64,000 nt of DNA from NCBI GenBank assembly GCA_951406725.2, contig OX597815.1, positions 38,750,001 to 38,814,000 on the forward strand, written 5' to 3'. The notes under the pieces are model-generated. The model was not told where the DNA came from. It was given only the letters and a program-made list of their open reading frames with translations, and did no database searches. Shown one piece after another: positions 54,598-64,000 of this stretch (position 1 is its first letter; each line of letters opens with the position of its first letter). The DNA is from Octopus vulgaris. Its lineage: Eukaryota. The translations under genes and the position numbers were made by a program.

Positions 54598-56351
54598 AGT
54601 AACGTTTATCATATTGATTTTTGATTTATATATGCGTGTATGTGTGTGTGTGCGTTTGTGTGTGTGTGTGTGTGTGTGATTTAATCTGCGAAACATTTTC
54701 ATATTTTTTGTATATTGCCACAGAGAGCCATGTTTCGCCTTGAAATTTCAATCTGTGTTCCATATTAGGATTATCCTTAATGAAATCAATTTCCAAACAT
54801 TTTACCTTTGGCTGTGTTTCTTGCCAATTTTTGCAATAATCATAAAGTTTTGTTCACCAACACAGGAAACGCTTTCGTTATATGCAGTTACACTACCATA
54901 TCAACGAAATCTTCATTTTTTTGACGACTAAAACTAATTTTTTGCCATTTCTGGAAGGGACGATATCAATTACATATGTTTAGACTTTTTCTTGTTTCGG
55001 CATCACACCATTTAGAACTAATCCAAGCAAAACTCCCTTCCATCGTTCATTTAACGTTGTTTTTTTTCTAAATGCCTATGAATTACCATGGCCATTATCT
55101 TCACAATAAATTGTATCGGTTTTTTGCTAGCCTCTGAAACATTAGCTAATTTTCTTACATATCATCCAGTATAATGTTTAACAAAATTACTGAAGAAAAT
55201 TACTAATTATAATTTGACCTAATAGTTGAATAATTGGCCTAGCCTTACGCAGGGAGAACAAAACTTTAACAATGGTGTTTTCAAAATCACAAGAATGATT
55301 TTGAAAGTTATCAATTGATAATACAATTTTACAGTCAATATTTTCTTTTATATAAAATTCAGCTTCAGGAACAAAGTTTTGATAAAATATGTTCTTTTAA
55401 TATTGCAGAAATATTATTAGCAATATTATTAGCAATATTATTAGCAAGCCAATGAACAGGGAGAATACTTTTATTCACTCCTTTCAAGAAACAATCACTT
55501 AAGGCATCGCAGTATGATAATAATGCGATTTAAGCTTTAGATACTTTGAATCAGCTAACTGATTTTTCTGTTTTTGTTTTTCTGTTCATGATGCAAAAGT
55601 TTCCTTACGCATTTTGTCTAGAATAGATCAGTTCCATCAACATTAAATACTTGTTCAAAGAACTGGAACCTTCATCAGATTCTTTAGCTGTGTCGTGACA
55701 CTTGATCCACATTCACCATGCAGTTCTCTATTATGTAGAAAGCTTCGATTTTTTACATTGTCCTGCCTGAAAATCCAGATTTTTATTGATTAGATGTAAA
55801 ATTTGCTATGATCATTTTAATTAAAATTCCTTATTTTTTTGTCTTTTGATTTTATAATAAATGGGCAATCTTTTTTGAATTTTATCTTTAATCCAAAGTA
55901 TAGAGCATAATGGTTTTTCCCAGCGTAACTAGACAATGACCAGTGGATAGGGTGTTGCTCTCACAATCTTGCGATTGTGATTTCGATTCTTGTACCGAAA
56001 GTGCGATGTATTCTTGAGCAAAAGACTTCATTTCATGTTGCTCCAGTCCCACTCAACTGTAAACGAGTAACTCTGCCACGAACAGGTGTCCCGTTCAGAG
56101 GAAGTGTTATGATGCACCACTGACACTCCAAACAGTAATGTCCAGGGATTTACTTCTGTAACCTTACTTCTGATGTGCATTTTAAACTTTTGGAAAAATT
56201 TCGATTATACTGGCTTTGATTTTTTTTCTTTTAACTGAACTGGAACCTTCTTCAGATTCTTTACCTGTTTCGCGATACTTGATCCACATTCACCATGCTG
56301 CTTCGTTTATAGCAAAATATTTCGCAAATTCTGTTGAATTCTTTCTATTTA

Positions 56352-57607
56352 CAGGGTGGGGAAGCAAAATCTGCAATGAACTTTAAGTTGTTTTTTCTCA
56401 GCAGGCACTAAGTCAATTGTTTTGAAACCCAGCATATATTAATGTCATAATCATACATAACACTATTATCCTTACCTTTTCAGAAACTTTTGCCCATTTG
56501 AGTAATCAGGAAAAGCAAACGTCAAAGAGTGTGTGATTTGCTGAATGCACTGGTCACACCAAAGGAGATTTCAAGAATAGCTGGAGTGTCCATAAAGACT
56601 GTTTATAATGTAAAGAATAGAATGACTATGAGCAAATCTATTACGAGGAAGTCTGGAAGTGGAGGAATCAACAAAAAGCGTACCAAAGCTTTTATTAAAG
56701 CTCTCAAATCCAAAATCCTAAAGGATCCAACCAAATCCATGAGAAAAATAGCTGTTGAACTTGAGGTAGACAGCATGACCTTTAGAAATGCAGTAAAATG
56801 ATGATTTAAGGCTAGAATCTTACACAAGAACACCAAAACACTTGTCGACAACAGCTATGAAGGAAAAGAGATTGGAAAGGTGCAAGAAAATTATTACATG
56901 GTTCAAGAAAATGTCTTCCAATGTAACGATCTTTTCAGGTGAAAAGATCTTCACTGTCGATGCTGTTCTGAACCACAGAAATGACAGATTTATTGCAAAA
57001 TTGACAGCTGAGTTTAAGGGGACATTCAAAACAAAACATCCTGCTCAAGTTATGGCTTTTGTTGGTGTGGATTCCGATGGAAAGAAAATGCCTATAAAAT
57101 TCTACAAAGCTGATGAAAAGATCAATGTTAATACTTACTACAAGACTCTGAGATACGAGGTCGTGCCATGGCTTAAAGCAAAATACCCAGATGGTAATTA
57201 TGTATGGACACAGGATGGTGCTCCAGCCCACACAGCTAGAAAAATACAAGATTTTCTGCAAAATCCAACTTAGCAATTTTTTGGAATCATGTTTATGGCC
57301 GCCTTCTAGCCCAGATCTAAACCCTCTGGATTATGCTACCAATAGAACATCACACAACAATGTCGACTCTCTTAAAGATACTATTAAAGAAGAATGGGAG
57401 AAGTTGTCTCCCGAATATTTGAGGAACACTTGTGCAAGTTTCAGGCAGTAATTGAGAAAGAATGAGGATACATAGAATAAAAACATTTTCTATTATGTAA
57501 ATTTTCTTGCGGCAAATAAATTCTCATGACTTTCAATATACTAACTGGTCATACACTGTCTTTCGATCCCTGCCTCAAAATATTGTAAATTTTGCTTCCC
57601 CACCCTG
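56352..57607 (+). mobile_element. full-length Tc1/mariner superfamily transposon, likely maT (DD37D), pseudogenised
   Basis: TIRs cagggtggggaagcaaaat / attttgcttccccaccctg, TA TSD; FS(G)EKIF, QDGAPAH, WPPSSPDLNPLDY. Confidence 0.92.
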
Positions 57608-58036
57608 TACATGTTGAGTTTAATATTTTAACTTCTGTTCTAGAGTAATTGATTATGTCTGTTTTCAGTTTTGCATTTGAAATTCCATTATTCAATTTCG
57701 AATGTATTCAGCAAAATATGCAAAATAATTCTAAATTATGGATATATTAGCATGTGTTCTACCTAACTATCGCAGAAGAAGAATCAAATCTCAAAACAGG
57801 AATGACGGATGACAATATATTAATACAACTTCATGTAAGTAAAGTACAAAAAACTTGTGACAGGATGAAAATAGTGCAAACTTAGTACCGTATTAACTTC
57901 GGGGAGCAACTGTATGTATACACACAGGCACACACACACACATACGCATACATACATCAGTCACACACACGCATACACACGCGCATGCACACACACACAC
58001 ACACAAACACAGACATATGTATATGTTGCTCTGTGT

Positions 58037-58102
<66 letters not shown>

Positions 58103-58399
58103 GGTTTTATTTCACAAATTTCTTATGAAAGAAGAAAGGTACAGTATCTAACTCAGAAACAAAAGCTCTTTCGTAGACCTTTCGACTTCATATTAGTATC
58201 CTCGAATGTAAGACTGCATGTTTGCATGTATGCATGAATGTTCTTCGCTTTCTCCTTTTTTATTGAGAGTAAATACTGCCCGACCATTTACTTGGTAGCA
58301 AGGTTGTGAAGGAAAGCAACTCGTTTTGCTCAACATCCTTTATTTATTTTTATGGCGCTAGATATCGTGATCATTTGTAGCGTATGAATTAAGGCTTTG

Positions 58400-58812
58400 T
58401 GTTCTCTCCTCATTATCCCAAGTCAGTTATACTTTGCTCCAGACGGGTTGGTATGTATCCTGTAGCTCTAATAATAATAAGTATGAACCTGAATGCGTAT
58501 CCTGTTCCACACCGTTCTGACCGCTGAGTTAAGAAAGTTTCCGGTGTTGGTGTGTTGGTTAAAATGTCGATGCATACACCCAAGTGAGTGCCTCTGTTAA
58601 CATATGAATCCCAGATGGAGAAATTCTGGAATGTCTTCAAATATTCATTGTGCCACAAATAGACTGGATTTGAAGAATCCGCGTCAGTTTCTTTTGCTCT
58701 TTTGCCATCAACCCAAGTGCTTCCAGATTTTGTGCAAATTTGTTGGTAGATAGCTTAATGAACCTATGATGATAGGTACCAATAAGAATTCATAGTCAGA
58801 GTAGAAGAGTTG
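58400..58812 (-). mobile_element. 3' fragment of an RLE non-LTR element, related to 42400-43190
   Basis: LVPIIIGSL..LQIQSICGTMNILKTF on minus strand. Confidence 0.6.
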
Positions 58813-59684
58813 TACGTATGTATGTATGTATGTATGTATGTATGTATTATGTATGTATTAAAACCTGCGGCTCAGTGGTTACCGATGATGTTGATTTGTT
58901 TTTCTTTTCGGATTATGGCTGCTGTTGCTTAGTGCGCGGGATTGACTCAGTGCACAGCCTTTCCTCACTTTAAAAAAAATCTTCTTGCACAGGCATTGCA
59001 CGATGACAACATTGATTAAGCTTCGCGCAATGGCCATACTCGATATCGAGAGGGCAGCCACCATGTATGTATGTATGTATGTATGTATGTATGTATGTAT
59101 GTATGTATGTATGTATGTATGTATGTATGTATGTATGTATGTATGTATGTATGCATGTATGTACGTACGAGACAATGTCATCTTCACACTTACTAGCTGA
59201 AAAAAACTAAGGTTTCCAAAGTGACATTGTATCCAGTATTTTTAGAAGTAGCTGTATGTATTGTGATATACTTTTGGAAATGGATGCAGTTGTAGCTAAT
59301 TAGTCGCCAGTGTTCTTTTTGCTATGATAGTTATTACAGGTGTAATACTATGACTCATATTGACTAAATACTGTTTTATTCTCGTCATTTCTGTTTGGGT
59401 TACAGTGCTAAATCTACGCCAAGGGTTCGTGTTATAAAGATTGTATCTGAGGTGAAAAACTATTATCAATGAAGTAAAGACAAACGTTATATATGAAGAT
59501 AAACAAGACTATTGCTTTGTGGCAGGTCATTTACCTTTAGGAACAGATTTTTGTCTCGAGATTTACATAAACATAACATTAAACTTGCTAGTTTATATTC
59601 ATGAAGTGTTGCTATCAAAATATATAACACTCTGAAGTCTGAAGTACAGAAACACAAATACATTACTGTGTAAACATAGACTGC

Positions 59685-59756
<72 letters not shown>

Positions 59757-59770
59757 CAGACCAGACAGAT

Positions 59771-59806
<36 letters not shown>

Positions 59807-59838
59807 GTGTGTATGTGTGTGTGTATACATACATACAT

Positions 59839-59898
<60 letters not shown>

Positions 59899-60957
59899 GT
59901 TTGTGTACGCGCGCGCGGCAAGTACGAGAACTTATAAATTTCCGATTTGTTGCTAAGATGTGCATTTAGTCAACCCGGATAGGCTGGACCATAAGTCGTG
60001 ATGAAGGCAAATAACGAAGGATATGGAAAACTGAAAAAAAATCCTGTGGAATGCTGTTCATTGTGTCTGTAGTAAGCATTAGCACAAACGTTCTGCAAAT
60101 CAACATTTCCAAAAAGTGGCTGTTCGTACACAAGTCTTCACCAGTAAAAAATCAAATCACCCGTCTACCAAATTCCCTCACAAGATATTGACCGGCAAGC
60201 CTATGATAGGACTCACACGCAAGACGTCACGCGTTAGGTTGAACACGAAACCAGATGATTCCAAATCGAGTTTCTTAATCCCTAAGCTTCAGACAACCTA
60301 AGCTAGTACCAACAAGTGTTTTAGTGTTTTAGTCGATCATAAAGACACCACTACTTACTTTCTTAGCCTGGTATTATTTCAGAAATCGTTGTTTATCACA
60401 CCGCTAACTTAAAGGATACGCTTCTTTTCCAAACAACACATAGGCAGATAGTGAAAGATTGAGTTCTTTGGGAGGCTAATAAAATTATTCCCTGCGTTCT
60501 GAGTTCAAATCACACAGAGGTCAGTTCTGTCTTTCATCCTTTCGTGACCGATAAAGAAAAAACGCTTTACTAGTCTAGTGTAGTGGGTTCTTTCAGTATT
60601 TGTTCCGGCTCCTTTCGTCCTCATTTCGAATACGGCAATGATCTCCTAGGGTAGTAGACATAACTTGCCGCCCAGTTTAACACTTCAGTTCTTTAGTGGA
60701 GCCCAATTTGTTCCAAACATTCTGGTCAGGTCTCCGGTTTGCGAATACCTGATTCTTTCCATCCCATCAAAGCCCTATAAATAGTCATGGACTCTGTCTT
60801 CATTCATAATGAGACTATAAACAAAAAACACATGCACATAGGTACGCACGCTCACACATGCAGCGCGCGCGCACTCATGTATGTGCATACGTGTGTCTCT
60901 GATCATTAAGTGTCAGCGGACAAAACTCTTGGGCCTTGAATCACTTTGTAACTTTTA

Positions 60958-61106
60958 GGCGTGGCTGTGTGTTAAGAAGTTCGCTTACCAGCCACACGGT
61001 TCCAGGTTCAGCCTCACTGCGCGTCACGTTGGGCATGTGTCTTCTATTATAACCCCGGGCCGAATAAACCCTTGCCAATGGATTTGGTAATCCGTAACCG
61101 AAAGTC

Positions 61107-61158
<52 letters not shown>

Positions 61159-61375
61159 GTGTCTATCTGTCTGTCCTTGTCTCCACTACACCGGTTGACA
61201 ACCGCTGTTGGCTTCTTTAAGTCCTGTCAACTTGGCGATCCTGCAAAAGAGAATAAGTACTAGGCTTGAGATCAGAGTTGGGGTACATTCGTCCACCTGA
61301 AAATTTTGAAGATTCACTTAAAATTCTTCAGCCCAAGCAAGGCTGCACTCTAATGATTAAAACAAGTAACAGATA
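60958..61375 (+). mobile_element. tRNA-derived SINE (second family), diverged
   Basis: Matches the reverse complement of 26560-26974, including the internal (TG)n. Confidence 0.8.
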
Positions 61376-62037
61376 CTAAATATATATATTAGTGGCAGAG
61401 ACAGTACTAATATCGTGGCGTAATATCTATTTTTACTTAAACGTGGATGTCCTGACACAGATAATCTCCATTACATACCTCTTTGTCACTTCTTAACTCG
61501 TATCCATAGAATTGCATTCCCACCCGACCCCTAACATTTTCGTCCCTCCTTTTTTATCACTCTTCTCTCTTCTTTTTTTTTCTGATGAAGGACTTCATAT
61601 ACGAAATGTCAAACACCTATTTCTTACCTTTTATTTTCAAGCGGGCAACTATTAATAACTTTTTGGAAACTTGTTCTTCTTGTATTCTTTTTCTTGTTTT
61701 ACTTATTCATTATATATAGAAAGTTAACGACTTTTGAAGAAGCAACGAAAATTTTAGAAAAAATACGTAAGTAAATGAGTGAAAATCGGACCGATGAGTG
61801 TGAGTGTATTAACTAATAATGCATTGAAACAAAATAGCTCTTCTTTGACACAATAATATATATATATATATATATTTATATATATGTGTGTGTGTGTGTG
61901 TGTGTATACATATATATATATATATACATGTGTGCATGTTTATGCATGTGTGTATGTTCTTGTTGTGTGTGTGTGTATGTGTGTGTGTACATCCATACTC
62001 ATGTTTTGAGTTCTATTTTCCTGCTGGTGTAATCAAA

Positions 62038-62094
<57 letters not shown>

Positions 62095-62096
62095 AA

Positions 62097-62235
<139 letters not shown>

Positions 62236-62239
62236 TAAA

Positions 62240-63480
62240 GAGAGAGAGAGATGGAGTTAAACGCAGGTGTTATTCAAATCTCTTTACTTCCGACATATGT
62301 TTTGAGGAATAAAATGATGTAAAACAATGCAATCTTCTCATTATGGAAAGAAAGAAACCAAAGACATCAGTAAAACAATTTAGCAGAATGAGATGACTGT
62401 GCATATGATGAAAGGAACGCTAGCAAGTTGGGTTGTTTTTTTAAAAAAAACTTTAACAGATATAACGTCAAGGGCAGTTTATAGAAAGAGAAGGGAGAGG
62501 AAAATAATAGTGGAGAGATATAGAGCGAAAGGTGAATAGGAATAAATCTTAAAGGCTTGGAAGTAGATATATTTAGTGGAAGTGAAATTTAAGAAGATAG
62601 TTAAAGGTCGAATTTTATAGAATGGTACAAATCACTTATAGGAACTAAGGGTATGTTTTTGCCAATGTTTGCAACGATAAACGTGTTTACAAGAGGATTC
62701 TCTGAGAACAAGATGAAATACATTTCATCGTTACAAAGGGAACAGAAAGATTTACCTTTATCATACGGAAATAATTTAGATAGAATATTCCATTCCAAAT
62801 CAAAGTTTTTAATACTATGACCCTTTAGATACCAAATTAATTTATTAAGTCCAATATCGTTACGTTTATTGATATGTCTAAATGTAGAGTAATGATTAGA
62901 AATTCTTTTGGAGAACTGAGATGAAGAACTATCTATATAAAAAAAAGACACCAGAACTGGAAGTAATTTTACATTGGTAAATAGAGTTTCAAATCTTAGA
63001 ATTACTACTAAGGAAACGAATGCGAACATAGCTGTTATTATTCTTTAAAGAATGGTTAGTGTTAACAATATTACCATTTTCATTAAGTGGATTTGCATTT
63101 AACAACTTATTATTATGCGAAGAAATGATTTGTGAAAGATGTTTTTATGTTAGAAAATCATATCTTGATTCGGTGTGAATTAATAATCGAATAGTATCTT
63201 GAATTTTTGGGAAATTCCTTTCTATAGCTACACGAAGCTGATAAAAAAAAGGTTGGATTTGATCTACTTACCATATGGAATTATCAACCAAACAGTTTCG
63301 CTAGGACGTACCTTGTTATTAGGGTAATTATCTTTAAAAGCACTCGATGTACCTTTATAACGAAAAATGGGTTTTAAATATTGGTTATCTCCCTTACGCT
63401 GCAAAATTACATTACACAATTTAGTGTTGTTATTCGAACTAAGATTAATATTGTTAATGTCGTTATGACGTGATGGACAG
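62240..63480 (-). mobile_element. decayed Penelope-like 3' region (GIY-YIG) ending at an (AGAT)n tract
   Basis: FSKRISNHYSTFRH..L.K.IW.LK..W.IL....Y....CSLC..E motif; decayed HHR at 62288-62348. Confidence 0.75.
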
Positions 63481-63560
63481 CCATGTTGAAATGGCTACGA
63501 ACATTACTTGTTAGTACAACTGCTGTGTTGATCTCTTAGAGAGATTTTAGAACTATACAC

Positions 63561-63593
<33 letters not shown>

Positions 63594-63672
63594 TACATAT
63601 ATACATACACACGCACACATACACACACTCACACACATACATGCATACATACATATATACATACATACATAC

Positions 63673-63703
<31 letters not shown>

Positions 63704-64000
63704 CATACATACATACATGCATACTTGCATATGTGCAGTAGTAATTTGCATTAATTACTCTACCAAATGATCTCATGCAGATTGTTAAACACGGAAATCG
63801 TACTGAACATCGGAATACGTGGCATATGAAACACAAGAAAAATTAGGAAAATATGTTTCCAATTGCATATATGTGAGGGTGCGCGCGCGCACCGATGTTC
63901 AATATGATTTCTACGTTTAATAATCGGTTTGAGAACATTTTGTAAAATAACTAATGCAAATGATTAATGAGATATTGTATAATCGAATCACCTCCAAACA

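Noticed and set aside
55660-56300. ~62 bp direct repeat with GAAAC..GTA..CTGAAGA on minus strand (type II HHR?)
   Set aside because: The repeat is real, but stems I and II cannot form

Overview
AT-rich, microsatellite-dense eukaryotic intergenic or intronic DNA, most likely from an octopus/coleoid cephalopod (inferred from the SINE families and simple-repeat load). I cannot support any intact host gene; most ORF-track entries are translated simple repeats or decayed transposon ORFs. Positions 1-12.4 kb are a head-to-tail pile-up of about eight 5'-truncated RLE-type (R4/Dong-like) non-LTR retrotransposon fragments, all on +, separated by (TAA)n-derived tracts, with a SINE and a mariner nested inside. 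The rest holds Penelope-like elements (PLEs), mariner/maT transposons, tRNA-derived SINEs, a HINE-like element, a MITE and LINE remnants. The main unexplained signal is about 17 intact or decayed minimal type I hammerhead ribozyme (HHR) motifs from roughly ten sequence families. Many lie in short non-coding foldback or partial-tandem units embedded in (TA)n. One PLE family carries a tRNA-like head + (AAT)n + HHR module in all four of its terminal repeats. Structures were folded by eye and boundaries are approximate unless TSDs or TIRs are cited.
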